Part shown: piece after piece, positions 28,993 through 38,550 of the stretch
How the letters are laid out: each line of letters begins with the position of its first letter
Position numbering within the stretch: the stretch's first letter is position 1
DNA from: Candidatus Melainabacteria bacterium 17Bon1m
GTDB lineage: Bacteria; Cyanobacteriota; Vampirovibrionia; Obscuribacterales; Obscuribacteraceae
Assembly: GCA_032128875.1 (NCBI GenBank)
Contig: JAVLKG010000001.1
Coordinates: 1,017,453-1,081,452, forward strand
Direction of reading: 5' to 3'
Length of the DNA: 64,000 bases
Notes under the pieces: generated by a model
Databases searched by the model: none
Told to the model about the DNA's origin: nothing
Seen by the model: only the letters and a program-made list of their open reading frames with translations
Made by a program: the position numbers and the translations under genes

Positions 28993-30258
28993 ATGAGTTC
29001 GGGCGAAAATTTGCCCTGCATATCATCACCCGAAGAGTTTGCCGAGATGGTCAAGACCGCGCTCAAGACCCGTGGCGAAGCAAGAACGCTGCGTTACGAG
29101 CCGGTTAGATTCGCATTGATTGTTGAAAACGAAAGTGGGGAGCCTCAGCAACTGTTCGGGCTGGCGGCGATGTTTGATGAATACAACACTGCCCACGAAA
29201 CCGAGCGCAATTCGGTTATCGATCGTTACTGTAGTTTTTTCCTTGGCGTAAATAGAAATAGTTTGCCGGATACTTTTGCTGAAGCAAAAGACGGATTGAT
29301 GCTAATTATTCGGCATCGTTATTTGTATCAAGTGATGCAAATGCGTTTAGCCCTCGAGCAAGGGATCACTGCTAAGAGCGATGAATTGCCGCAGGATCAA
29401 GAAATTCCCCATGTTATTGTCGGCGATGATTTTGCTGCAGGACTGAGTTACGATTTTCCTGATGCGATGATTCAGATTACGGGAAGACAGCTCTCTAAGT
29501 GGGGAGTTTCTTTTGATGAAGTCTATCAGTGTGCGCTGGAAAATCTAAGAAAGCGCAGCGAGAAGCCGCTTGTCGAGGCTGTTACCGGTGTCTATATCTC
29601 CAATTGGCAAGATGGCTATGATGCATCGAGAATTCTTCTAACAGACATGATTCAGAACTTGCCTTTTAAAGGCACTCCCGTTGTGATGTTACCCAGCGCC
29701 GAGAATATGGTTATGACCGGCTCGGACGACCTAGAGGGTTTGGCCTCCGTACTAAATGTTATTGAGCCCATGGCTGATAAGCCACGATCAATGGTTGGAG
29801 TCCCGCTGGTTTTGCGCGCTGGTGAATGGGTTCCGTTTGAGATGGCTCCAGAGCATCCGCTGTACGAGCGGTTTCGCGTGCTGCGAATTTCTGCCACCGC
29901 TCGCAGTTATGCAGATCAGCGTGGAGTCGTTTCTGAATGGTTGCAGAGCATAGGTGAGCCGGCAGTTGTAACACCTTACCTGGCAACACAGCGAAAAGAC
30001 GGCTCTGTTTCTAGCTGCAGTGTTTGGCCGGAAGGAGTTCCGTGTGTAATTCCTCGTGCTGACTCCGTTGTGTTTACCGGAGACTCGCAAGACTCAAATC
30101 AGGAAGTCGTCGCCTGCAACACATGGGAAAGGGTTTTGGAGGTTGTTGGCGGATTGCTGAAGCCGACGCCCTTTCATCCTGAACTCTACAGAGCAACTCG
30201 GTTTCCATCGTCCACCGAACTTGCTCAAATTGGCATGGGCGTTTCTTATTTGAAGTAA
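28993..30258 (+). CDS. DUF1444/YtpQ-like hypothetical protein
   Basis: SYDFPDAM, LSKWGVSFDEV...ALENL, DGYDASRILL. Confidence 0.6.
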   Translation: MSSGENLPCISSPEEFAEMVKTALKTRGEARTLRYEPVRFALIVENESGEPQQLFGLAAMFDEYNTAHETERNSVIDRYCSFFLGVNRNSLPDTFAEAKDGLMLIIRHRYLYQVMQMRLALEQGITAKSDELPQDQEIPHVIVGDDFAAGLSYDFPDAMIQITGRQLSKWGVSFDEVYQCALENLRKRSEKPLVEAVTGVYISNWQDGYDASRILLTDMIQNLPFKGTPVVMLPSAENMVMTGSDDLEGLASVLNVIEPMADKPRSMVGVPLVLRAGEWVPFEMAPEHPLYERFRVLRISATARSYADQRGVVSEWLQSIGEPAVVTPYLATQRKDGSVSSCSVWPEGVPCVIPRADSVVFTGDSQDSNQEVVACNTWERVLEVVGGLLKPTPFHPELYRATRFPSSTELAQIGMGVSYLK

Positions 30259-30380
30259 AAAGGTTACGGAGTTGCATTTAGATCGTCATGATTAACGATG
30301 TGAAGCTTGCATTCAATTCCGGTGTCGAATTGCAAGGGAGCCAGAATGGTGTCTCTCGCGCTGTTGTCCTCGATCTGGGC

Positions 30381-30995
30381 ATGAAGTTCGAACTTTCCTG
30401 GGATCGTTACATTCGTTTGTCGCATACAGCCGAAGCAATTAAAAGATACTTGTCGTCGGGAGCCACCATCCTTGATGTTGGTGGGTTTGACGGAGCTTTA
30501 GCTCTTTTCCTTCCTGATTTTTTTATTGACGTAATTGACCCTGTCACTACGGGCGGCAGCGGTTTTGATCTTCCAACAACATACACGAATGTTGTTGCGA
30601 TCGATGCGTTGGAGCATATCGAACCGTCGAGAAGAGATGAATTTCTCACGCAACTTTGCCGTGCTGGTGACAAGCTGTGCTTTATCAATTATCCCGCACA
30701 ACACTCTGAGAGTGCGCAAAAGCTTGTATTTGAGCTTACGAACAATCCTCTAGTTAGAGAGCATGTTGAGTGGAAACTTCCGGATAGCGAAGCAGTTAGG
30801 ACTTTTCTTGCAGATAGAGGATATGAAGTCGAGTTGCAACATTATGGCAGTGTCTCGCAATGGGTGTCTCAATATCTCTTGCAGACATTCGCTCCCGATG
30901 AAGCTAGTGTGGCTAGCCGTTTTTTGGTGGAAAATCATCTTACAGAGCGCTCAAAAATTTGGCTCTATGATCTTGTGATTGGTATTAAGCGCTAG
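30381..30995 (+). CDS. Class I SAM-dependent methyltransferase
   Basis: ILDVGGFDG, VAIDALEHI; start at 30381 inferred. Confidence 0.8.
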   Translation: MKFELSWDRYIRLSHTAEAIKRYLSSGATILDVGGFDGALALFLPDFFIDVIDPVTTGGSGFDLPTTYTNVVAIDALEHIEPSRRDEFLTQLCRAGDKLCFINYPAQHSESAQKLVFELTNNPLVREHVEWKLPDSEAVRTFLADRGYEVELQHYGSVSQWVSQYLLQTFAPDEASVASRFLVENHLTERSKIWLYDLVIGIKR

Positions 30996-31270
30996 TCCAG
31001 CGAACAGAGCGATTAGTCTGTACAATACCAAGCATGAATATATTGAGTAAACTTCAAACTATAGAAGGGGGGCGTAAAAGCGTGGAAGCTTTGTTTTGGT
31101 CGATTGCAATCATCGCATCTTACTTTGCACTGCAATTGTGGATTTTGCCCCGATTTGGAATTTCCACTTGAATGTCGCGCAGCTGTTCGGTCGAACAGAA
31201 AAAAGGTGATTTAAAGACAGAGAGTAAGCAGCTTACGGAAAGTAGAAAGCCTGAAGCACCAGAGTAGGCG

Positions 31271-32224
31271 TTATCGGCTATCGCCGCCGTGACCGCTTCC
31301 ATCGCCATCTTTTGCAAGGACAAGTGTTGATTTCGAACCCTGGGCACCGGCGATGGCTTTTCCTGCGTGATCACCACCACGAATACAGTAATTGGATTGC
31401 TCATCGCTGCTGGAATATTCAATTTTTCCCGCAGATATCGAAACGGGCGCCTTAAGTCTTTCCCTATAAGCACAGGTCATATTATTGAAGACGGGGTACT
31501 CGAGTTTTCCAGTAAAAGGATTCGGTAAAGCATTGCCGAATTTTTTCTTTTTAGGATCACCCCAAGGAAAGTAATATTTGAACTCATCATCCACGGCTTT
31601 GGGAAATTTGAAGTGCTCTTCTTTGTACAATTCAGCAGCCCACTGCACTGTCCGCATGTTGGCCTTCACCTGTGAATCTGGATCATTGGAAAGCACGTAG
31701 GTCAGTCGCTTATTCTGGGGGTCAAGCATTGCTTTGCCGTTGCCGGAACCAACTCTAACAGTAAAATCTTTGCCACTAGCAGCGATACTATATTCGACTG
31801 AGCCCGGATCCATTTTTCCGGGGGGAGACTTTCTGCATTTCTCCGGATCAGCGATTTTGCCAGTAAGAATCGGCTTGTGCTTCCCGAGATATGGGTTAAT
31901 TGGAATAGACCAAGATGTGAAAGTTTTGTCGTCGCACTCACCGAAGATCATGTATGACATGAAAGCATCATCCACCTTCTTCGGCAGCACGCCTTTGTGG
32001 TGACTTGCATATCGTTGCGCGGCTGATCTGACACGCTCAGCCACTTTCATCATGTACTCTTGTTTTTCTTTTTCGTTCTTGAATTGCGGGTTGACCATCT
32101 TCTCAACCGGCGCAAAAAGCTCCTCAGCTTGAGCGATTGCCGGAAGCAAGAGCGCGGCTTGCCCCAGTAGCGACAATGCAGACGCTGCCAAAAAAATCCT
32201 CAAGTTTATAGAAATGACCACCAT
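31271..32224 (-). CDS. Secreted protein with two tandem pilin/pseudopilin-like globular domains
   Basis: Signal peptide; internal duplication (VRSAAQRY...P..VDD.F..Y...INPY.G versus MRTVQWAAELY...P..VDD.F..Y...NPFTG). Confidence 0.6.
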   Translation of the reverse strand: MVVISINLRIFLAASALSLLGQAALLLPAIAQAEELFAPVEKMVNPQFKNEKEKQEYMMKVAERVRSAAQRYASHHKGVLPKKVDDAFMSYMIFGECDDKTFTSWSIPINPYLGKHKPILTGKIADPEKCRKSPPGKMDPGSVEYSIAASGKDFTVRVGSGNGKAMLDPQNKRLTYVLSNDPDSQVKANMRTVQWAAELYKEEHFKFPKAVDDEFKYYFPWGDPKKKKFGNALPNPFTGKLEYPVFNNMTCAYRERLKAPVSISAGKIEYSSSDEQSNYCIRGGDHAGKAIAGAQGSKSTLVLAKDGDGSGHGGDSR

Positions 32225-32379
32225 CGATTGGATTATATTCGATGACTAGGTGCTTTGGGTCGCCCGTAGGGGTGAATGCGACGGGTTTTGAGTTTTGTTT
32301 TGCAGGTAAACCAGTTTCATTCTGTTGCGCAAACCAGTAAATTTCAGTTGCATATTGATGTTGCATCTAAAATATTGAA

Positions 32380-32907
32380 ATGAAAGTTTCGAGTCAGGTA
32401 ACGAAAATTACAGGCGATGCCGTCTTCGACAAAAGTCGACGTTATCGCTATTCGCTTTCGCGCCAATGGAACGCAGAACTACCAAGAGTTGTATTCGTCA
32501 TGCTCAACCCGAGCAAGGCCGATGCATCTCTAAATGATCCGACTATCTCTCGTTGCATCTCATTTGCAGTTAGTCACGGATGCGGCGCTCTGGAGGTCGT
32601 TAATCTGTTTGCTTTCCGAACGGCTTATCCCGAAGAGTTGCGCTCTTGTCGACGTCCTGTTGGAAAGCTCAACGATCAGTACATAACTGAGGCGGCCGAA
32701 AGGGCTTCGATTGTGGTTGTAGCCTGGGGGAATTGGGGTTATCTGCACGGACGAGATGCTGAAGTGCTCGAGCTGATCGCCGCCAAGAACCCGCTCTTTT
32801 GCTTTGGCATTACTCTAAAAGGGCAGCCGCGCCATCCGCTGTTCCTTCCCTCTGATATTCGTCTGGTTGAGCTTCCCCGTAAAGTCTCGCCCGGTTTGGC
32901 TTTTTAG
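32380..32907 (+). CDS. DUF1643 family protein
   Basis: YRYSLSRQW, FVMLNPSKAD...DPTI.RC, NLFAFR, VAWG, PRHPL. Confidence 0.9.
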   Translation: MKVSSQVTKITGDAVFDKSRRYRYSLSRQWNAELPRVVFVMLNPSKADASLNDPTISRCISFAVSHGCGALEVVNLFAFRTAYPEELRSCRRPVGKLNDQYITEAAERASIVVVAWGNWGYLHGRDAEVLELIAAKNPLFCFGITLKGQPRHPLFLPSDIRLVELPRKVSPGLAF

Positions 32908-32936
32908 CGTTTTGGCGACGTTTCAAAAAACTCTAA

Positions 32937-32963
32937 GGAACTTGGAGGTACTTTCCGCGTCTC
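32937..32963 (+). promoter_or_regulatory. ECF-sigma-like promoter (GGAAC-N17-GTC)
   Basis: GGAACt-tggaggtactttccg-cGTCtc upstream of 33031. Confidence 0.7.
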
Positions 32964-33030
32964 TCCGGCAGGTTTCCCGAAAAAACGATTTACGGGGCAG
33001 GGCAGGGGACCTAAAGACGTGGAGTGATTT

Positions 33031-33471
33031 ATGTCCAAGAGTTTTATTTCAGTATCAAAAATGATCTCAGGATCGGTTCTGGTGGGCACCACAATCTGTC
33101 TTCTTTGCTCGTGCTCTCAAAAGGTTTCGGAAACAAGTCATACGGGTGACGGTTACACGGAAAAGACAGAAGTCGTAAGAGAAGGCGACCATCTTAAGAC
33201 CACCACTGTAACAACAGAAATTGACCCTATTAACGGTGATAAGGACGATGTGCATATCACTACGTCCGAAGCTGACGGCATCCATGTGAGACTTCCTGAA
33301 GACGAAACAAATGATGGTCGTGTCAGAGTCCGTGCGCCTTTCGTGAAAATGGATTCCGATGATAACAGCGGTTCTGTGCATGTGCGCGCGCCGTTTCTTA
33401 AGGTGGACAAAGATGGGCATGGTGACCGCGTTCGCGTCAGAATCCCAGGTATCCACATCAACACAGACTAG
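33031..33471 (+). CDS. Putative lipoprotein with VxVRAPF beta repeats
   Basis: Lipobox-like LCSC; repeats RVRVRAPFVK, VHVRAPFLK, RVRVRIPGI. Confidence 0.7.
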   Translation: MSKSFISVSKMISGSVLVGTTICLLCSCSQKVSETSHTGDGYTEKTEVVREGDHLKTTTVTTEIDPINGDKDDVHITTSEADGIHVRLPEDETNDGRVRVRAPFVKMDSDDNSGSVHVRAPFLKVDKDGHGDRVRVRIPGIHINTD

Positions 33472-33522
33472 TACTTAAACCAAATAAACACCAAGCAACA
33501 GATCAACATAAGGAAAAAGAAA

Positions 33523-33963
33523 ATGGATAACGAATTTGTACATGAGTTTAATTCGCTTTTGGCAGGCGAGAGAAGCTGTGTGGAAACATACGATCTGGCG
33601 CTTAGTAAGGCAAAACAGGCTGACGTTTTGGAAACCTTGACCTACTGCCGTAACAATCACATGGCACGTGTTGCTCTGTTGACCAGTCACGTGCTGTCGA
33701 TGGGTGGCACTCCGAATGAAGGTTCGGGTATCTGGGGCGGTTTTGAAAAGTTCGTTCAGGACAGCGCTGCCAATGAGCGAGATGCTGTCGCTATGTTAGA
33801 ACAAGCTGAAGCAGAGCGTTTGGTCAATTACGAATCGCAACATGAATTGGTGATTGGACCAGTGAAAGTCTGCCTTGCTAACGAATTGCTCCCGGCGCAA
33901 CATGAAACGCACCTTGCATTGAGTACGTTATTGAAAAATCTGCCGGAAACCAAAGCTGCCTAG
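33523..33963 (+). CDS. DUF2383/PA2169-like ferritin-fold stress protein
   Basis: FNSLLAGERSCVETY, GGTPNEGSGIWG, LLPAQHETH. Confidence 0.85.
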   Translation: MDNEFVHEFNSLLAGERSCVETYDLALSKAKQADVLETLTYCRNNHMARVALLTSHVLSMGGTPNEGSGIWGGFEKFVQDSAANERDAVAMLEQAEAERLVNYESQHELVIGPVKVCLANELLPAQHETHLALSTLLKNLPETKAA

Positions 33964-34119
33964 TTTTAGAGCGCTTTGTCTATCCGTTGAATCCAGCGAC
34001 CTCGCAAGCGCAACTGCTTTTGCAGCACTAACAAGTTAGACCGCCAGCATTATCCCCTCTCGCCATGAGTAGGGGATTTTTGCATGTTTTATAAAGTTCG
34101 ACACTTTTCTCATACGGGT

Positions 34120-34146
34120 GGAACCGTTTTTTTTCACCGGCGTCAA
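34120..34146 (+). promoter_or_regulatory. ECF-sigma-like promoter (GGAAC-N17-GTC)
   Basis: GGAACc-gttttttttcaccgg-cGTCaa upstream of 34180. Confidence 0.7.
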
Positions 34147-34179
34147 ACCGGTATTCAACAATAAGTAAGAGGAAGTTTT

Positions 34180-35295
34180 ATGCCACAATCCACAAATGGC
34201 CGAAAGCTTCGCTATGGTATTGTCGGTCTTGGTCATATTGCCCAAGTCGCCGTCTTGCCGGCTTTCGAGCATGCGAAGAAAAATTCTGTACTAGCCGCAT
34301 TTGTTTCTGACGATGGGAAAAAGCTTAAAGAGCTTGGTAAGCATTATGGAGTTGACGCGCTCTATGACTACGATCATTTTGATGAATGCTTGCGTGAATC
34401 TGAACTGGACGCCGTATATATAGCTCTGCCCAACAATATGCACAAAGATTTTTCCATTCGCGCCGCAGAAGCTGGGGTACACGTTCTTTGTGAAAAACCT
34501 ATGGCGATGAACAGTGAAGAATGCATTCAAATGATTGAAGCAGCTGACCGAAATAATGTGAAATTGATGATTGCCTACCGGCTTCATTTTGAAGAAGCTA
34601 ACATGAAGATGGTAGAAGTTTGCCAGACTAAGAAGATCGGCGATCCACGCCTGTTTAACTCGACTTTTACGATGCAAGTCAAAGAAGGAAACATCCGCAC
34701 AAAAGGTGGTATGGGGGGCGGACCACTCTATGATATCGGCATATACTGCATCAACGCAGCCCGCTATCTTTTCCAAGCCGAGCCTTTGGAAGTGACTGCA
34801 CTTGCTGCTTCTTCCAGCGATGAAAGATTTGAATCAATCGATGAAACAGTCGGTGCCGTGATGCGTTTTCCTGACGAAAGAATTGCGACATTTGTCTGCA
34901 GTTTTGGCGCATCGGATAAAGGTCGATATGACGTTGTAGGTACCGAGGGACACTGCTCGATGGACCCGGCATATGATTATGCGATGGAATTGAAATACGA
35001 AATCAAGCAAGGTAAACGAACGACTGAAAAGGAAATTCCAAAGCGCGACCAATTTGCGCCAGAACTTCTTCACTTTTCCGATTGCATTATTAACGACACC
35101 ATTCCTGAGCCAAACGGTTTAGAAGGGTTGGCGGATATGTTGGTTATCGAAGCGATTAATGAATCGTTGATGACGGGCAAGACAGTCGGAGTCAAGTTAT
35201 TGGAGAAGGACTCTCGTCCTGGTCCGGAGCAGGTAATGAAAAAGCCTGGTGTGGATAAACCAAAACTGGTGCACGCCGAATCCGGCTCGAAATAA
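34180..35295 (+). CDS. Gfo/Idh/MocA oxidoreductase (glucose-fructose oxidoreductase-like)
   Basis: YGIVGLG, HVLCEKPMA, GGGPLYDIGIYCINAARY. Confidence 0.9.
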   Translation: MPQSTNGRKLRYGIVGLGHIAQVAVLPAFEHAKKNSVLAAFVSDDGKKLKELGKHYGVDALYDYDHFDECLRESELDAVYIALPNNMHKDFSIRAAEAGVHVLCEKPMAMNSEECIQMIEAADRNNVKLMIAYRLHFEEANMKMVEVCQTKKIGDPRLFNSTFTMQVKEGNIRTKGGMGGGPLYDIGIYCINAARYLFQAEPLEVTALAASSSDERFESIDETVGAVMRFPDERIATFVCSFGASDKGRYDVVGTEGHCSMDPAYDYAMELKYEIKQGKRTTEKEIPKRDQFAPELLHFSDCIINDTIPEPNGLEGLADMLVIEAINESLMTGKTVGVKLLEKDSRPGPEQVMKKPGVDKPKLVHAESGSK

Positions 35296-35301
35296 TAGTT
35301 C

Positions 35302-35380
35302 TTGCAAATTGACTGTAGTGGCGACGCCATGCGTCGCCCAGTTTGCAAATTTAACTGTAGGGCGACGCATGGCGTCGCCC
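35302..35380. repeat. Direct tandem pair of GTAG-headed REP units
   Basis: ttgcaaatt..actGTAG(t)ggcgacgc..gcgtcgccc occurs twice (35302-35339, 35343-35380). Confidence 0.8.
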
Positions 35381-35441
35381 GTTTCGGAACAACACCTTTT
35401 GCCAGTAAACGCAGACTGGCGCCACGTTTCTAAACGAATGC

Positions 35442-35468
35442 GGAACTATTGCCCGGCTCTTCGGTCTA
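35442..35468 (+). promoter_or_regulatory. ECF-sigma-like promoter (GGAAC-N17-GTC)
   Basis: GGAACt-attgcccggctcttc-gGTCta upstream of 35520. Confidence 0.7.
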
Positions 35469-35519
35469 ACAGAAAAGCATCAAGAAGAGCATCAAATAAG
35501 GCATCGAGGAGACATCTTA

Positions 35520-36179
35520 ATGAACAAGATTTTGAATGCAATTTTCGGACTCTCCGCCGAATCCGGCGAAGCCGCTCATGCCGACATTGTTGAAATGTTG
35601 AAGGCTGATCACAGACGAGTAGCGGAATTGTTTGCAAGATACGAGAAATTGCCAGCAACTGCAACTCGTGAAAAGCGTAAAATCTTACGTGAAATTTTTG
35701 CTGAACTCGAGATTCACACGAAGTTAGAAGAAGAGCTTGTGTACCCAGAAGTTGAAGGTGCAGAGGAGCATGTAACTGAGGCTCACGAAGAGCATCATGT
35801 CATCGATCTGATTATCGCCGAGATAAAGAAAGTGAGATCGATGAATGAAAAGACTGATGCGAAAGTGAAAGTGCTTAAGGAAATGATTGAGCATCACGTC
35901 AAAGAAGAAGAGTGGGAAATGCTCCCAAGACTTCCCCAGGATGAGTTGGAAGAGATTGGTGCAAAGGTAAAGGTTCGCAAAGAAGAACTACTGGGCAAAG
36001 AGTTTCCAGAAAAGCATATGGAACGTGCTGGTGTTCAGCCAGTGGAAGAATTGTACGGTGGCAGCGAGACAGGCGAAGTTGTTTCGCAGAAAGATGCAGC
36101 AGAAGAAAAGCCCGTCACAAAAGAATCAACAACCAAACCGAAGACCAAGCGCTCACGTAAGAAGCATTCAGCTGCGTAG
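35520..36179 (+). CDS. Hemerythrin-like (HHE) domain protein with basic tail
   Basis: ADHRRV, HTKLEEELVYP, EEHHVI, HHVKEEE. Confidence 0.9.
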   Translation: MNKILNAIFGLSAESGEAAHADIVEMLKADHRRVAELFARYEKLPATATREKRKILREIFAELEIHTKLEEELVYPEVEGAEEHVTEAHEEHHVIDLIIAEIKKVRSMNEKTDAKVKVLKEMIEHHVKEEEWEMLPRLPQDELEEIGAKVKVRKEELLGKEFPEKHMERAGVQPVEELYGGSETGEVVSQKDAAEEKPVTKESTTKPKTKRSRKKHSAA

Positions 36180-36268
36180 TTTCGGCGTGTTCTGAATACG
36201 AACCGCCAAAACATGAACCTGGTGACCCTAATTAAGCCCACCACCGACACTAGATCGAGGATAGATTA

Positions 36269-37855
36269 ATGACTTTCTCCAGACCTTCCAAACCAATTTG
36301 GGATGACTCAACGGCGATGCCTGAATTTCAGCCGCTGGCGACTAATACCAGTTGTGATGTCGCGATTATCGGAGCGGGGGTGACGGGCTTGACCACCGCT
36401 TATTTGCTTGCGAAAGAAGGAAGGGATGTTCTAGTCCTCGATGACGGAGATGTTACTGGCGGGCAGACCGGGCGCACGACAGCCCACTTAACCGCTTTTA
36501 TGGATTTTCGCTACGAAGAACTTTTGCGCATGTTTGGCCAAGAAAAGACCACGAAAATTGCTGCAAGCCAGGTTGATGCTGTCGACGAAATCGGACACAT
36601 CGTTGCGCAAGAGCGTATCGATTGTGAATTCGCCAGGGTAGACGCATTTCTTTTGCTGGGGCGCGAAGACAAGACAGAGACACTGTTTAACGAGATGCAA
36701 GCGATGCAGAGTGTCGGGTTTGCAAATGTTGTTTTTGGCGAAACATCTCTTTGGGGGCACAGGGAAATTCCTTATCTGATGCTCAATCATCAAGCGCAAT
36801 TGGATATTCGCAAGTATATGTATGGTCTTGTTGCGCGTATTACAGAACTTGGTGGTCGAATACATTCGGGCACTCATATTGCTAGCTTCGAGAAGGGACA
36901 GCCTGCCGAACTTACGACTTCAAACGAACGCAAGATTACGGCTAACCATGTCGTGGTGGCTACCCATACTCCAATTACCGATTTGATTTCTATCCACACA
37001 AAACAGACCGCATATCGCACCTATGTGATCGGTGCGCAGGTCGAGCAAGACATCATCCCGCCAGGACTCTTCATGGACACGGAAGACCCTTATCATTACA
37101 TTCGCAGCACTCAATTGGGCGACAAAATGTATGTGATTATCGGAGGTGAAGATCATCGAACCGGGCAGGAGTCTGACTATGATGAGCGCTACGACAAATT
37201 GGAAGATTGGGCTAGAGAAATGCTGCCACAACTGGGCCCAATAGAATATCGCTGGTCAGGTCAAGTTTACGAACCTGTCGACGGTCTTCCCTTTATTGGC
37301 AAGGATCCAGGCCAGTCGGACAACTTCTACGTTGCCACCGGATATTCGGGCTCTGGTATCACCAATGGCACTATGGCTGCAAAGCTTATTAGAGACCAAA
37401 TTCTTGGAAAGGAAAATGAGCTGTTGGAGATTTACGACCCTGGTCGTAAGACCGCTGCAGCATTACCTGAATACGTAAAAGAAAACATCAATTCCGTAAG
37501 TCAGTATTCAAAGCATTTTTCAGGAGGGCAGGTTGCTTCTGCTGATGAAATTCCACCAGGTGAGGGAGCTGTCATCGCTAGAGGCGTTCAACACTTTGCT
37601 GTCTATAAGGATGCTAACGGGTCTGTTATTGAATGTTCTGCGGTATGCCCACATGCAAAAGGGATTGTCTGTTGGAACACCGCTGAGAAGACGTGGGACT
37701 GTCCAGCACACGGCTCCCGATTTAGCTGTACCGGTGAAGTGATTGACGGCCCTGCAAATACTAATCTGGAAGCGAAGCAAATCAGTGGTGAGCAAGATGA
37801 GTTTATGCAGATTCAATTGCCCCTGAAGAATCCGACCAAACTGCCTAGTCTCTGA
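36269..37855 (+). CDS. FAD-dependent oxidoreductase with C-terminal Rieske [2Fe-2S] domain (YhfW-like)
   Basis: IIGAGVTG, TGRTTAH, WSGQ, CPHAKG...WDCPAHGSRF. Confidence 0.9.
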   Translation: MTFSRPSKPIWDDSTAMPEFQPLATNTSCDVAIIGAGVTGLTTAYLLAKEGRDVLVLDDGDVTGGQTGRTTAHLTAFMDFRYEELLRMFGQEKTTKIAASQVDAVDEIGHIVAQERIDCEFARVDAFLLLGREDKTETLFNEMQAMQSVGFANVVFGETSLWGHREIPYLMLNHQAQLDIRKYMYGLVARITELGGRIHSGTHIASFEKGQPAELTTSNERKITANHVVVATHTPITDLISIHTKQTAYRTYVIGAQVEQDIIPPGLFMDTEDPYHYIRSTQLGDKMYVIIGGEDHRTGQESDYDERYDKLEDWAREMLPQLGPIEYRWSGQVYEPVDGLPFIGKDPGQSDNFYVATGYSGSGITNGTMAAKLIRDQILGKENELLEIYDPGRKTAAALPEYVKENINSVSQYSKHFSGGQVASADEIPPGEGAVIARGVQHFAVYKDANGSVIECSAVCPHAKGIVCWNTAEKTWDCPAHGSRFSCTGEVIDGPANTNLEAKQISGEQDEFMQIQLPLKNPTKLPSL

Positions 37856-37918
37856 AAACTCCATGCCCTCGCCGTTTAAGCGGGTTATAGACGCTGGGGT
37901 TTTCCCTATATCTGTAAA

Positions 37919-37945
37919 GGAACATGTAAAGCAATTCTGGGTCTT
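37919..37945 (+). promoter_or_regulatory. ECF-sigma-like promoter (GGAAC-N17-GTC)
   Basis: GGAACa-tgtaaagcaattctg-gGTCtt upstream of the small ORF at 37978. Confidence 0.65.
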
Positions 37946-37977
37946 TAAGTCCATAAGTGGAGATGGAGGCGACGAAA

Positions 37978-38181
37978 ATGAAAAGCAGTTCCGAACAAAA
38001 TATGAATGAAACGTCTTATTCAGTCGTGCAATTGAACAATGATTTGAAGCGAATGCTGTCTGTTCAATTCAAGGAATTCATTCACCACATTGAAGATCAC
38101 GAGCGCGTTGCGAGCATCGACTTTACTCGACCGAGACGCACCATTGCTTGGATCTCCATGTACGATAGAAAAATCGCTTAG
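37978..38181 (+). CDS. Small hypothetical protein (67 aa)
   Basis: RBS ggagg before ATG 37978, upstream ECF-like promoter and downstream hairpin. Confidence 0.55.
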   Translation: MKSSSEQNMNETSYSVVQLNNDLKRMLSVQFKEFIHHIEDHERVASIDFTRPRRTIAWISMYDRKIA

Positions 38182-38183
38182 TC

Positions 38184-38290
38184 GCTGCCCGTCTACTTTA
38201 ATTGCGTTGAAACGTGAGAGAAGTAGACGAGCAAGTTTGAGTTAATATCTCGGATACAGAAGTGTTTTGTCACATCGGTGTGCCCAACTT
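38184..38290 (-). ncRNA. Candidate ECF-dependent small RNA A
   Basis: Follows the minus-strand promoter at 38321-38295; no credible ORF; TAACTCA then hairpin gctcgtctactt/aagtagacgggc. Ends are approximate. Confidence 0.4.
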
Positions 38291-38294
38291 TGGG

Positions 38295-38321
38295 TAGACC
38301 TCCGTCAGCATACTAAGTTCC
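38295..38321 (-). promoter_or_regulatory. ECF-sigma-like promoter with no downstream CDS
   Basis: Minus strand GGAACt-tagtatgctgacgga-gGTCta. Confidence 0.6.
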
Positions 38322-38429
38322 CAACTTACCAAGTTAGATTTTCCGCCTTCTTTACTTGATGCAGAGGCGCCACGTTTTAGAGCACCGTTCAACTATTTCT
38401 AAAGTTGGCTCATCCATGACTCGGATGCG

Positions 38430-38457
38430 GGAACTGTTACCCTCACGCGTTGGTCCC
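38430..38457 (+). promoter_or_regulatory. ECF-sigma-like promoter (one base longer spacer)
   Basis: GGAACt-gttaccctcacgcgtt-gGTCcc upstream of the BON gene. Confidence 0.5.
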
Positions 38458-38550
38458 ACAACTGCGAGTTCAATAATGCCTTCGTTGCACTATTGCTCAC
38501 TGGCATTTATTACCGCAAAACAATCAACTCTATGAGAGGAGTTTTGTCAT

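Noticed and set aside
32250-32290. GGGGGTGAAT as a c-di-AMP (ydaO) riboswitch fragment
   Set aside because: Other conserved elements and pairing are missing.
35302-35380. Two ~38-bp palindromic direct repeats as a mini-CRISPR
   Set aside because: Only 3 bp apart, and they belong to the dispersed GTAG REP-like family.
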